NCBI GenBank assembly: GCA_947629405.1
Contig: CANRDL010000004.1
Coordinates: 4,098-68,097, forward strand
DNA length: 64,000 bases
Direction of reading: 5' to 3'
Origin: an uncultured Bacilli bacterium
GTDB taxonomy: Bacteria; Bacillota_I; Bacilli_A; RF39; UBA660
Position numbers and translations under genes: made by a program. The notes beneath the pieces are model-generated. The model was not told where the DNA came from, did no database searches, and saw nothing but the letters and a program-made list of their open reading frames with translations. Below are positions 19,009 to 29,056 of the stretch, piece by piece. Numbering within the stretch: the stretch's first letter is position 1; each line of letters begins with the position of its first letter.

Positions 19009-20511
19009 ATGAATAATAATTATAATAATTTAAATCAAAATAATATGAATTTGAACTATAATAATACAAATATTAATGATAATAATCAAAATATTATTTC
19101 TTCAAATAATGATTTTTCTAATGATAATAACAAATCAAAAAGAAAAAAATTACTTGTTGTTGGTATTTTATTAGTATTAGCAATAGTTTTATTTATAGGA
19201 AGTATATTTTTGAAAAGCAAAAATGCCAATATAAAAAAATCGGAAAATGTAAATCTTATATTTGATGAAGAAGCTTTAATAAAAGTAAAAAAAGATAATA
19301 AATATGGATATATAGATACAAATGGGAAATTTGTTTTAGATCCAATTTATAAAGAGGCTAAAGACTTTTATGGAAATTATACTATTGTAGAAACAAAAGA
19401 TGAAATATATCAGGTAATCGATAAAAAAGGCAAGGCTAAATTTCAAAGTAAATATGCTGCTGATATTGATTATAACTCTGAAAATAACATTTGGATACTT
19501 AATCATCAACTGTATGATAGTGCTTTAAATAAAATATCTCCCGACAATATTAATGTTCGTTATGGAAATTATGAATATTTAAAATGGGAAGATGTAAATG
19601 AGAAGTCTGCCGGAATAATTAATTCTTCTGGGAAGATTACTTATACTTATAAATATCAAAATGATGAAAATTATTTTGATATGACTCCATCAAAAATTAC
19701 TTCAATTTTAGATGAACAATATTGTATTGTAAATGTGGATAGTGGAAAATATGAAAAATATGGAATTGTAAATTGTGCTACTGGAAAATTGGTATATGAT
19801 TATTCAAAATATTATATATCAGATCGTGGTGATAATATATTTAAAATTACTAATGAAGATTCCCAGGACTCTGTATCTTTAATTTATATTAAAGATAATA
19901 AAATTGCATATCAAACTAATAGTGAAAGTGATACTTATGAGTATGATATTCTTACAAAATATATACAAATTTTTAATGAAGATAAAAATGATTATTTTTA
20001 TTTAGATATTCAAACAGGCAAAATTTTATCGGATGCTCCTAATGATGATATTAATGATGAGTGGGAAGTTTTAACTGGCATTACTAAAAAAGGTTGCGGT
20101 GAATCTTATGGTCTTGTAAAGGGAAAAAAGAAAATATTATCTTGTGAATGGGATAGTATTGATTATTTTGGAAATTTATTATATCAGTATTTAGCATCTA
20201 AGGGTAAAAAATATGTTATGACTACAAAAGATGATAAAAGCTTTATAATTAATTTAACAAATGGAGAAACGGTAGCAAAGTTTAATGCTAATAAGATTTA
20301 TAATAATGAAGAAAGTATATTTGTTTTTTATGAAGATTCTTCTATAAATAAAAAGGTTATTTATAATCTTATTACTGGAAAAACAATGGAAACTGATATT
20401 GATAATAATGTAAGACTTAACTCAAATTATATAACTATTTATGAAAACAATAAAATTAATTTCTATAATACAAATTTTAAATTAATATATTCAGCGGAGG
20501 ATGTAATATGA
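19009..20511 (+). CDS. Membrane-anchored WG-repeat (KWG-type beta-propeller-like) protein with Asn-rich N-terminus
   Basis: 500 aa. N-rich cytoplasmic head, one TM (LLVVGILLVLAIVLFIGSIFL), and repeated units of the type KYGYIDTNGKFVLDPIYKEAKDF, KYGIVNCATGKLVYDY and SYGLVKGKKKILSCEWDSIDYF. Confidence 0.6.
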   Translation: MNNNYNNLNQNNMNLNYNNTNINDNNQNIISSNNDFSNDNNKSKRKKLLVVGILLVLAIVLFIGSIFLKSKNANIKKSENVNLIFDEEALIKVKKDNKYGYIDTNGKFVLDPIYKEAKDFYGNYTIVETKDEIYQVIDKKGKAKFQSKYAADIDYNSENNIWILNHQLYDSALNKISPDNINVRYGNYEYLKWEDVNEKSAGIINSSGKITYTYKYQNDENYFDMTPSKITSILDEQYCIVNVDSGKYEKYGIVNCATGKLVYDYSKYYISDRGDNIFKITNEDSQDSVSLIYIKDNKIAYQTNSESDTYEYDILTKYIQIFNEDKNDYFYLDIQTGKILSDAPNDDINDEWEVLTGITKKGCGESYGLVKGKKKILSCEWDSIDYFGNLLYQYLASKGKKYVMTTKDDKSFIINLTNGETVAKFNANKIYNNEESIFVFYEDSSINKKVIYNLITGKTMETDIDNNVRLNSNYITIYENNKINFYNTNFKLIYSAEDVI

Positions 20512-21128
20512 ATTATATAAGAAATAAAAGAGTATTAGCTCTAACAGGAATAATAACTCTTATTTTAGGAACAATACTACCATATTTTACTTTTTCTCTT
20601 CTTGGTTATTCTCAATCAATATCTTTATGGAAATATTGGGAAGGAAAGTTAATTATAATTTTAACATTGGTAAATGCTTTATTTATATTTAAAGATTATA
20701 TTGAAAAATATCTACCACAATTATTTACAACAAATCTTGGAAAAAAAATAGCAAATTTATCAAATCCTAAAGTATCTTTAATACCAACAATATTAGTTGT
20801 AGGATTTGTTATTTACTTAAATATAAAATTTGATTTTAATACTGAATATTTAAAAAATGGTCTTGGTTTTTATTTACTATGGTTAGGCATTATATGTTTA
20901 GTGATACATGCTATTATATATAAAAAGCCATCTGAAGCATTAGATAATGTTAATCATGAATATAATAATCAAAATGTTAATGTACAACAAAATTTTCAAC
21001 AATCAGTACAATCACAAACGCAACAATTAACTCAAAATGAATTAGTAAACAAAAAATTATGTCCAAAATGTGGTAACCAAGTAGATGAAACAGCAACCCA
21101 ATGTTTTATGTGTGGAAATAAATTTTAA
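20508..21128 (+). CDS. Polytopic membrane protein with Q-rich linker and C-terminal zinc-ribbon
   Basis: 206 aa. Four or more TM helices, then NQNVNVQQNFQQSVQSQTQQLTQ, then CPKCGN...CFMCGN. Overlaps the upstream gene by 4 nt (ATGA). GGAGGA RBS. Confidence 0.6.
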   Translation: MNYIRNKRVLALTGIITLILGTILPYFTFSLLGYSQSISLWKYWEGKLIIILTLVNALFIFKDYIEKYLPQLFTTNLGKKIANLSNPKVSLIPTILVVGFVIYLNIKFDFNTEYLKNGLGFYLLWLGIICLVIHAIIYKKPSEALDNVNHEYNNQNVNVQQNFQQSVQSQTQQLTQNELVNKKLCPKCGNQVDETATQCFMCGNKF

Positions 21129-21170
21129 TATTAAATAGGAATATTCTTCCAATTATAGATTTTAAATTGA

Positions 21171-21202
21171 AAAAAGACAACCAATAATTGTCTTTTTTTT
21201 TG
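21171..21202 (+). terminator. Rho-independent terminator of the SPFH/zinc-ribbon operon
   Basis: AAAAAGACAA-ccaataa-TTGTCTTTTT followed by a T-run. Confidence 0.7.
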
Positions 21203-21237
21203 GCCTTTTTTTGCGCATAATAATAATGGTGGTCTGT

Positions 21238-22215
21238 ATGAATATAAAAAAATATATATGTTTATTATTGGTAATATTTTCCGCATTTTTTTCTTGTGGA
21301 TTTTCCAATTATGTTATCCCAGGTGGTGAAAATTTAGGTATTGAAATATCAACTGATGGTATTATGATTATTGGCTTTTATAAAGTTAATGGAAAGTTAA
21401 ATAAAGGAACTCCAGCTTTAAAAGTAGGAGATGTTATTACTAAAGTGGAAGATACAAATGTAGATAATATAGATAATTTAATAAAATTAATGGAAGAAAA
21501 AAAACAAAATGATACAGTAAATCTTACTATTAAAAGAAATAATAAATATAAAAAAATAAATTTAGAATTAAAAAAAGAAGATAATATATATAAAACAGGA
21601 TTATTTGTAAAAGATAGTATTACTGGTATAGGAACTCTTACCTATATTGATCCAAAAACTCATAAATTTGGGGCTTTAGGTCATGAAATTATTGAAAGTA
21701 ATTCTAATAAAAAAATTGAAGTTAAAACAGGCTTTATATTTAAAAGTTCGATTACTAGTATTGATCGTTCCTCAACCGGTGTGGCTGGAGGTAAAAAAGC
21801 AAAATTTTATTATGATTTTGAGTATGGAACAATAAATAAAAATACTAAATATGGAATTTATGGAACATACGAAAAAAATCTTCCTGAAAAGCAGGAAATG
21901 CAAGTAGCTAAAAATGATGAAGTAAAATTAGGAAATGCTAAAATTTACACAGTATTAAATGATGAAAAAGTTGAAGCATTTGATATTAATATTAATAAAA
22001 TAGATAAAAATCATGATATTAAAAATATTTACTTTAATATTACTTCAAAAGAATTATTAGTAAAAACTGGGGGAGTAGTTCAAGGTATGAGTGGTAGTCC
22101 AATCATTCAAGATGATAAGATTGTAGGAGCAGTTACCCATGTAATTGTCGATGATCCTAAAACTGGCTATGGAATATTTATTACCAGTATGTTAAAAGAA
22201 GGCGAGAAAAACTAA
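21238..22215 (+). CDS. spoIVB: SpoIVB peptidase (S55 sporulation signalling protease)
   Basis: Signal/TM, PDZ (LKVGDVITKVEDTNVDNIDNL), catalytic His (GALGHEI) and Ser (GMSGSPI). The ATG at 21238 has a GGTGG RBS; the track ORF starts at a TTG at 21211. Confidence 0.85.
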   Translation: MNIKKYICLLLVIFSAFFSCGFSNYVIPGGENLGIEISTDGIMIIGFYKVNGKLNKGTPALKVGDVITKVEDTNVDNIDNLIKLMEEKKQNDTVNLTIKRNNKYKKINLELKKEDNIYKTGLFVKDSITGIGTLTYIDPKTHKFGALGHEIIESNSNKKIEVKTGFIFKSSITSIDRSSTGVAGGKKAKFYYDFEYGTINKNTKYGIYGTYEKNLPEKQEMQVAKNDEVKLGNAKIYTVLNDEKVEAFDININKIDKNHDIKNIYFNITSKELLVKTGGVVQGMSGSPIIQDDKIVGAVTHVIVDDPKTGYGIFITSMLKEGEKN

Positions 22216-22273
22216 AAAGTAATGATAATTCATTACTTTTTTGATATACTTTAAGTAGCAAGAAGGGATAATT

Positions 22274-24034
22274 ATGTTCAAAGAAAAATTAAAATTAATT
22301 CCGCATTTACCAGGATCTTATCAAATGAAAAATAAAGAAGGAATTATTATTTATGTTGGTAAAGCCAAAGATTTACATAATAGAGTTAAAAGTTATTTTA
22401 CGGGTCGAGTTACAGGAAAAACTAAAGTTATGGTAAGTGAAATAGCTGATTTTGAATATATAATTACTAAAAGTGAATTAGAAGCATTTATTTTAGAAAT
22501 TAATTTAATAAAAAAATATGATCCTAAATATAATATATTACTTCGCGATGATAAAACTTATCCCTATATAGAACTTATAAAAAAACCATACCCTAAATTA
22601 AAAATTTCTCGATATAAAAAAATTAAAAATAAAAAAGATTCATATATTTTTGGTCCTTATCAAAATGCCTTTGCAGCCAGAAAAGTAGTCAAATTATTAA
22701 ATAGACTTTATCCTTTAAAAAAATGTAGTGGCAATCCTAAGAATTTATGTCTTTATTATCACATTGGTGAGTGTTTAGGATATTGTGAGAAAAAAATCGA
22801 TGAGGAAATTATCAATAAAATGCTTGAAGAAATTGCCGCTTTTTTAAAAGGTAATCAACAAGAAATAGAAGAAAAAATTATGAGTAAAATAAAGAAGTAT
22901 AGTGATGATTTAAATTATGAAGCAGCTAATGAATTATATGAAGAATTAAAATCTATAAAAATAATATTAGAAAATCAAAAATGTGAAATTAGAGATTTAA
23001 AAAATAGAGATATAATTAATTATTATTTTAATAATGGTTATTTAAGTATTCAAATTTTCTTTTTAAGAAATGGTAAAATTGTCGGATCTCATAATGATTT
23101 ATTACCGGTTATAAATGATGATATTGAAGATATTGAAAGTTATATTGTATCTTTTTATGATAAACATGAAATTCCCTCAGAAATCTTAGTTCCTGCCAAT
23201 TTTAATATTGATCTTTTAAAAAATATCCTTTCTACTAATATCTATCATCCTCAAAAAGGAGTAAAAAGAGATTTAATAAATATGGTTTATGATAATGCTA
23301 AGATAAATTATGAAAATAAAATAAAACTAATTTTAGCCAAAGATCAAAAAAATAATGATGCTTTGAATGAATTGAAAAAGATTTTAAATATGGATATTAT
23401 TGATACGATTGAAATATTTGATAATTCTACAATTTTTGGTAATTTTAATGTTTCGGGAATGGTAGTTTTTAAAAATGGTGTTCCTTATAAAAATGGTTAT
23501 CGCAAATTTAAACTTATGGAAGAATTTAAAAGTGATTATGATATGATGAAAGAAGTAATATATAGAAGATATTATCGACTTTTAATTGAACAAAAACCAC
23601 TTCCTAATTTAATTATTGTTGATGGGGGAATTATTCAAATTAATGCGGCTTGTGAAGTTTTAAAAAGTTTAAATTTAAATATTAAAGTTATTGGTCTAAA
23701 GAAAAATGATAAACATAAAACAAGTGAATTACTTGATAGTGATGGTCACATTATTAATATTGATCCGCATAGTAATTTATTTCATTTATTAACTTTTATG
23801 CAAGATGAAGTTCATAATTTCACCATTTCTTATCATAGACAAATTAGATCTAAAGGTTCAATTGCTAGTATTTTAGATGAAGTACCAGGAATAGGTAATG
23901 TAAGAAAAAAAGAATTAATTAAGAAATTTAAAAATATCAATAATTTAAAAAATGCGGAAATATCTGAAATAGCAAAAATAGTTCCTGAAAATATAGCTTT
24001 GAATTTAAAAAAATATTTGGAAAATCGAAAATAG
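22274..24034 (+). CDS. uvrC: Excinuclease ABC subunit C
   Basis: 586 aa. GIY-YIG N-terminus (PGSYQMKNKEGIIIYVGKAKDLHNRVKSYF), a UVR domain, and an endonuclease V-like plus (HhH)2 C-terminus. Confidence 0.95.
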   Translation: MFKEKLKLIPHLPGSYQMKNKEGIIIYVGKAKDLHNRVKSYFTGRVTGKTKVMVSEIADFEYIITKSELEAFILEINLIKKYDPKYNILLRDDKTYPYIELIKKPYPKLKISRYKKIKNKKDSYIFGPYQNAFAARKVVKLLNRLYPLKKCSGNPKNLCLYYHIGECLGYCEKKIDEEIINKMLEEIAAFLKGNQQEIEEKIMSKIKKYSDDLNYEAANELYEELKSIKIILENQKCEIRDLKNRDIINYYFNNGYLSIQIFFLRNGKIVGSHNDLLPVINDDIEDIESYIVSFYDKHEIPSEILVPANFNIDLLKNILSTNIYHPQKGVKRDLINMVYDNAKINYENKIKLILAKDQKNNDALNELKKILNMDIIDTIEIFDNSTIFGNFNVSGMVVFKNGVPYKNGYRKFKLMEEFKSDYDMMKEVIYRRYYRLLIEQKPLPNLIIVDGGIIQINAACEVLKSLNLNIKVIGLKKNDKHKTSELLDSDGHIINIDPHSNLFHLLTFMQDEVHNFTISYHRQIRSKGSIASILDEVPGIGNVRKKELIKKFKNINNLKNAEISEIAKIVPENIALNLKKYLENRK

Positions 24035-24058
24035 AAATTTTAAATTTCTTTTTTTTTA
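24033..24058 (+). terminator. Rho-independent terminator after uvrC
   Basis: AGAAATTT-t-AAATTTCT palindrome followed by T9. Confidence 0.55.
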
Positions 24059-24099
24059 TAAAAAATAATAGTATAATTATTTTAGGAATGTGGTAAATA

Positions 24100-25245
24100 A
24101 TGAATGTACAAATAAAAAAAGATGATAATATTTTATTATCGCCAATTACAAAAAATAAATTAGATGTCGATTATGTATATTTTCCTTATCAAAAAGATAT
24201 TAAATTAAAAGTTAAATTAGATGAATATATATTTTTGGAACAAAATATTTTTGATAATAAAGATATTCCCGTATATTCTTCAATAAGCGGAGTGGTAAAA
24301 GGCAGTAAAAAATTAATTGATGCTAATAATAAAATAATTAATACTATTGTTATTGAAAATGATTTTAAAGAAAAAAAATTAAATAAAAAAGGCATCAAAA
24401 GGAATATTAGTAATTATACCAAAGAAGAAGTATATGCTAAAATTAAAACTTGTCTTGATTATAAATTTGCTAAAAATTTAGAATGTTCTAATTTATTTAT
24501 ATCTTCTTTAGATATTGATCCTTATGAAGCAAATGAATTATTTATATTAAATGATTATGTTGATCAAATTTTGGAAACTGTCGATGCTTTATTAGATATT
24601 TATGAAATACAAAATGCTTATATTTTAGTTAAAAATAAGGAAAGTGAAACAATTACCAAAATACTTAATAAACTTGGTACATATCCTAAAATTCATCTTA
24701 AAATTATTGAAGATTTTTATCCTTTAGGAATTGAAAGGGTGTTAGAAAATTATTTAAAAATTAAAAATATATGTATCTTAAAAACTTCATTTATTTACAA
24801 TTTATATAAAGCTTTAAAAAAAGATAATAAAGTAACGGAAAAATATATAACAATTTCGGGTGATGCTATTAAAAATCCTATTATTGTCAATGTAAAAATA
24901 GGTACGAAAGCTATTGATATAATAAATGATTTAGTAAAATTTAAAAAAGATATAAAAGATTATGTTTATATTGCTAATGGTTTAATGGCTGGAAAAATTA
25001 TTGACATTAACAAATTAGTTGTAACAGATGATTTACGAAGTATAATAATTAATCAAATAGAAGAACGGGAATCATTAGAATGTATTAATTGTGGAATTTG
25101 TAAGCAAGTTTGTCCTATGAACTTAGATCCGAGAGAATATTTACATAAAAAAGTAGTGCCTAATTGTTTAAAATGTAATTTATGTTCTTATATATGTCCC
25201 GCTAAAATAAATCTAATAAAGGAAGATGATTATAGTGATAAATAA
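24100..25245 (+). CDS. RnfC-like protein (RnfC_N barrel plus two 4Fe-4S motifs; NADH/FMN glycine motif not evident)
   Basis: 381 aa. PVYSSISGVVKG (RnfC N-domain), CINCGICKQVCP and CLKCNLCSYICP ferredoxin motifs. I cannot find the GxGGAGFP-type motif of bona fide RnfC. Confidence 0.55.
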   Translation: MNVQIKKDDNILLSPITKNKLDVDYVYFPYQKDIKLKVKLDEYIFLEQNIFDNKDIPVYSSISGVVKGSKKLIDANNKIINTIVIENDFKEKKLNKKGIKRNISNYTKEEVYAKIKTCLDYKFAKNLECSNLFISSLDIDPYEANELFILNDYVDQILETVDALLDIYEIQNAYILVKNKESETITKILNKLGTYPKIHLKIIEDFYPLGIERVLENYLKIKNICILKTSFIYNLYKALKKDNKVTEKYITISGDAIKNPIIVNVKIGTKAIDIINDLVKFKKDIKDYVYIANGLMAGKIIDINKLVVTDDLRSIIINQIEERESLECINCGICKQVCPMNLDPREYLHKKVVPNCLKCNLCSYICPAKINLIKEDDYSDK

Positions 25246-26140
25246 AGCCCCATTTATTCATAGTAAAAATTCACTTAAAAAATATATATTTACAATTTTT
25301 ATTTCTTTATTATTTCCGATAGCATTTGGTTTTTATAAAAATGGAATAAAGTTAGTTTCGAAAGATTTAATTAGTAATATTGAAGTTATTAAACCTCTTT
25401 TATTTCCCATTTTAGGTTTTTTTACATGTTGTTTAAGTGAATTTTTATATACTAAAATAAAAAAGAAAAATTTTAAAATCTTTAATTCTCTTTTTTCAGT
25501 TTCGGGATTAATAATCGGCTGTCTTATGCCACCGCAAACTAATATTTTTTTATTTGTTATCTTACTTTTAATTCTTAGTTTTTTAGTTCAATTTATTCAT
25601 TTTAATATTAATAAATGTGCTTTAATGTCTTTAATATTAATATTGATTATAACTTACTTTTTCAAAGTTGATTTTTATAATTTATATGAATCTGCTAATA
25701 CCTTTGCACCTACAACTGGTAAATTATTTTTAGGCTTTGATAAAGGTGGAATTAATGCTACTTCTTGTTTATTTTTAATTTTTTCATATATATTTTTAAG
25801 TACGCAAAGTTTATATAAAAAAGACACTAGTTTTTATTTTATATTAACTATGTTTATTCTTTGTTCTATTTCTTTTTTCTTTAATCATAGTATATATAAA
25901 TCATATTTGCCAATTCTATCTTTTAATACATTATTTTCTGGTATTTATATTCTTACGGATATCAAATCTTGTCCTACTAATAAAATAGCTAAAGTAATAT
26001 ATGGTATTGTCGCTGCTTTATTATCATTCATTTTAATTAAATTAACAGGATTTTTTTCAAGTGTTATACTTGTTATTACTATTTTATCCATTTTCAATCT
26101 ATTTATAGATAAAATATTTAAAAAAAATAGTCATATTTAA
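25226..26140 (+). CDS. RnfD/NqrB-family-like polytopic membrane protein
   Basis: 304 aa, 8 or more TM. N-terminal APFIHSKNS resembles the RnfD sPH motif; GGINATSCLFLI resembles the GsiGEtS region. The GTG at 25235 is an alternative start. Confidence 0.5.
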   Translation: MIIVINKAPFIHSKNSLKKYIFTIFISLLFPIAFGFYKNGIKLVSKDLISNIEVIKPLLFPILGFFTCCLSEFLYTKIKKKNFKIFNSLFSVSGLIIGCLMPPQTNIFLFVILLLILSFLVQFIHFNINKCALMSLILILIITYFFKVDFYNLYESANTFAPTTGKLFLGFDKGGINATSCLFLIFSYIFLSTQSLYKKDTSFYFILTMFILCSISFFFNHSIYKSYLPILSFNTLFSGIYILTDIKSCPTNKIAKVIYGIVAALLSFILIKLTGFFSSVILVITILSIFNLFIDKIFKKNSHI

Positions 26141-26219
26141 AATAATATGCTTTTTTTTTGCCTAAAAAAAAGGAAATTAGCAATTTAGGAAGTATATATA
26201 TAATTAGAGGGTGTTTTTT

Positions 26220-27950
26220 ATGACAAATTCTACATCAATAATTAATGAAATTAGAGAACAGGCTGATATTGTAACTGTTATTTCATCATATCTTTCTCTA
26301 ACTAAAAAGGGAAAAAATTATTTTGCAATTTGTCCTTTTCATGATGATCACACTCCCTCAATGAGTATATCTTTTGAAAAACAGATTTATAAATGTTTTG
26401 TTTGTGGTGCTTCTGGAAATGTATTTACTTTTGTTAAAGACTATGAAAATGTTTCATTTAATGAAGCAGTACAAATTGTTGGAAAAATGGTTGGTATTAA
26501 TTATGATAATGTTCATAAAAATACTCCTGTAAAAAATAAAAAAGAATACGAAATTATGAACTTTGTTTGTAAATATTATCAAAATAATTTAAAAACAAGT
26601 TTAGGTAATAAAGCATTAAAATATTTAAAAGAAAGACATATAGATGAAAAAACAATTGATAAATTTAAAATAGGAATATCTTTACCTTCTAAAAACAATT
26701 TAACGATGATTCTAAATAAAAAAGGATTGGATATTTCCTATTTAGATAATTTAGGTTTATCTACTAAAAGTACTAGTTATGATTATTTTCAAAATAGGAT
26801 TATGTTTCCTTTATGTGATGAAGATGGACAAGTTATTGGTTTTTCAGCCCGTATTTATAATAATGAAGCAAATCAACCAAAATATTTAAATACTAAAGAG
26901 ACATCAATATTTAAAAAAGGAGAATTCTTATATAATTATAATGTTGCCAAAAAAGAAGTGAAAAAGTCTCGAAAATTAATTATAGTAGAAGGACAAATGG
27001 ATGTTATTAGACTTTGTGCAAATGATGTTAATTACTGCGTAGCTTTATCGGGAACAGCTCTTACTAATTATCAAGTTAATATGATAAAAAAATTAAGAGT
27101 TCCTGTCTATTTAATGCTAGATAATGATAATGCTGGAGAAGAGGCAACATTTAGAAATGGAGAAATTTTAGAAAAAGCCAATATAGATTTAAAAGTTGTT
27201 AGGTTAATTGATTATAAAGATCCCGATGAATTTATTATTAATAAAGGAATTGAGGAATTATTAAAATTTTTAAAAAAACCAATGAGTTATTTATCATTTA
27301 AAATTAATTATTTAAAAAAGAATAAAAACTTAAAAGAAACTAAAGACTTAGTAAAATATATAAATGATGTAATTGATTCTTTAAAAAATGAAAGTGATGA
27401 TTTAACTATTGAAGTAGTTTTAAAAAAATTAAGTAAACAATATGATTTAGATTATAATAATTTATTAAAAAAATTAAATAATAATAAAGAGAAAAGGGAA
27501 GAAAAAAAAGCTAAGGTTGAAATTACTAAAGAAGAGAAAAAAAATAAAGTTACTATTGCTAGTGAAGCAATTATATATTTAATGATGCAAGATCCAATAT
27601 ATATAAAGATTTATCAAAAAAAGCTTGGTTTTTTACCTTTAAAAAAACATCGTAATATTATAAATGATATTTTATATTTTTACGAGCTTAATGGTTTTGT
27701 TAATATGGCTGATTTTATATCTTTTTCTGAAGATAGACAAGTTAATATTGACAATATATTAGAAATCATTAATAATAATTCAGAAATTAAAGTGTCTACA
27801 AATGAGATGGAAAATTATATTAAAGTTATTAATGAGGCTCTAAAAAAAGAAAAAATAGAGAAGTTAAAAAGGGAATTAAAAGAAGAAAATAATGAAATGA
27901 GAAAAATAGAAATAGTTAAAGAAATAACTAGAATAAAGAAAGAAGTGTAA
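26220..27950 (+). CDS. dnaG: DNA primase
   Basis: Zinc ribbon [10 protein letters not shown]...CFVCG, Toprim EGQMDV and DNDNAGEEA. The ATG at 26220 follows a GAGGG RBS. dnaG-sigA synteny. Confidence 0.95.
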   Translation: MTNSTSIINEIREQADIVTVISSYLSLTKKGKNYFAICPFHDDHTPSMSISFEKQIYKCFVCGASGNVFTFVKDYENVSFNEAVQIVGKMVGINYDNVHKNTPVKNKKEYEIMNFVCKYYQNNLKTSLGNKALKYLKERHIDEKTIDKFKIGISLPSKNNLTMILNKKGLDISYLDNLGLSTKSTSYDYFQNRIMFPLCDEDGQVIGFSARIYNNEANQPKYLNTKETSIFKKGEFLYNYNVAKKEVKKSRKLIIVEGQMDVIRLCANDVNYCVALSGTALTNYQVNMIKKLRVPVYLMLDNDNAGEEATFRNGEILEKANIDLKVVRLIDYKDPDEFIINKGIEELLKFLKKPMSYLSFKINYLKKNKNLKETKDLVKYINDVIDSLKNESDDLTIEVVLKKLSKQYDLDYNNLLKKLNNNKEKREEKKAKVEITKEEKKNKVTIASEAIIYLMMQDPIYIKIYQKKLGFLPLKKHRNIINDILYFYELNGFVNMADFISFSEDRQVNIDNILEIINNNSEIKVSTNEMENYIKVINEALKKEKIEKLKRELKEENNEMRKIEIVKEITRIKKEV

Positions 27951-27952
27951 AA

Positions 27953-29056
27953 ATGAAAGAACTAAAAGAATTAAAAACATTAGAAGAAAGAAAAGAAGAA
28001 TTAATAAAACTTGGTAAAGAAAAAGGTTATATTACATTTGAACAACTAGCTGAAGCTCTAAAAGGTTTAGAATTAGATAATGATGATTTAGACGATCTAT
28101 ATAATTCCTTTGTAGAAGCCGGAATTGAAGTTATAACTGAGGAATCTTCAGAAGATGATTCTGAACATGGTGGCGAGAAAAAAGAAGAAACAATATTAGA
28201 TGAAGAAGAACTAACTAAGGATGTAAATATTGATGATCCGGTTAGGATGTATCTTAAAGAAATTGGTAGAATTTCTCTTTTATCAACAGAAGAAGAGTTA
28301 GAATTATCTAAAAAAGTTGCTGAAGGCGATGAATTAGCTAAGAATCAACTTGCGGAGTCAAATTTAAGATTAGTTGTATCGATAGCTAAAAGATATGTTG
28401 GTAGAGGATTATTATTTTTAGATTTAATCCAAGAAGGAAATATTGGCTTAATGAAAGCCGTTGAAAAATTTGATTATGATAAAGGATATAAATTTTCTAC
28501 TTATGCAACATGGTGGATAAGACAAGCAATAACAAGAGCATTGGCTGATCAAGCAAGAACAATCAGGGTTCCAGTTCACATGGTTGAAACAATTAATAAA
28601 ATGGCCCGTATTCAAAGACAATTAACTTTGGAATTAAACCGTGAACCAAGTGAAGAAGAAATTGCAAAAAAGATGGGAATAACTGTGGAAAAAGTTAGAG
28701 AAGTTATTAAAATTTCCCAAGAGCCAGTATCACTTGAAACACCAATTGGTGAAGAAGACGATTCCCATTTAGGTGATTTTGTTCCTGATGCAACTAATAT
28801 GGGACCAGAAGAATATGCTACTAATGAAATATTAAAAGAAGAAATTAAAGCTGTACTTGATACTTTACAAGAAAGAGAAAAAGAAGTTTTAGAGCTTAGA
28901 TTTGGACTTATTGATGGAACTAATCATACTTTAGAAGAAGTTGGAAAAAGATTTAATGTAACAAGAGAAAGAATTCGTCAAATAGAGGCTAAAGCATTAA
29001 GAAAATTGCGTCATCCATCTCGTGCTAAAAAATTAAAGGACTTTTTAAGTGATTAG
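27953..29056 (+). CDS. sigA: RNA polymerase primary sigma factor (SigA/RpoD)
   Basis: 367 aa. Regions 1.2-4.2 are conserved: [61 protein letters not shown]. Confidence 0.97.
   Translation: MKELKELKTLEERKEELIKLGKEKGYITFEQLAEALKGLELDNDDLDDLYNSFVEAGIEVITEESSEDDSEHGGEKKEETILDEEELTKDVNIDDPVRMYLKEIGRISLLSTEEELELSKKVAEGDELAKNQLAESNLRLVVSIAKRYVGRGLLFLDLIQEGNIGLMKAVEKFDYDKGYKFSTYATWWIRQAITRALADQARTIRVPVHMVETINKMARIQRQLTLELNREPSEEEIAKKMGITVEKVREVIKISQEPVSLETPIGEEDDSHLGDFVPDATNMGPEEYATNEILKEEIKAVLDTLQEREKEVLELRFGLIDGTNHTLEEVGKRFNVTRERIRQIEAKALRKLRHPSRAKKLKDFLSD

Noticed and set aside
19009-19140. Asn-rich 5' region of the WG-repeat gene as a DNA tandem repeat or contingency locus
   Set aside because: The AAT/AAC codons are interspersed with other codons and no perfect repeat unit is present. 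It is low-complexity coding sequence consistent with the AT bias.
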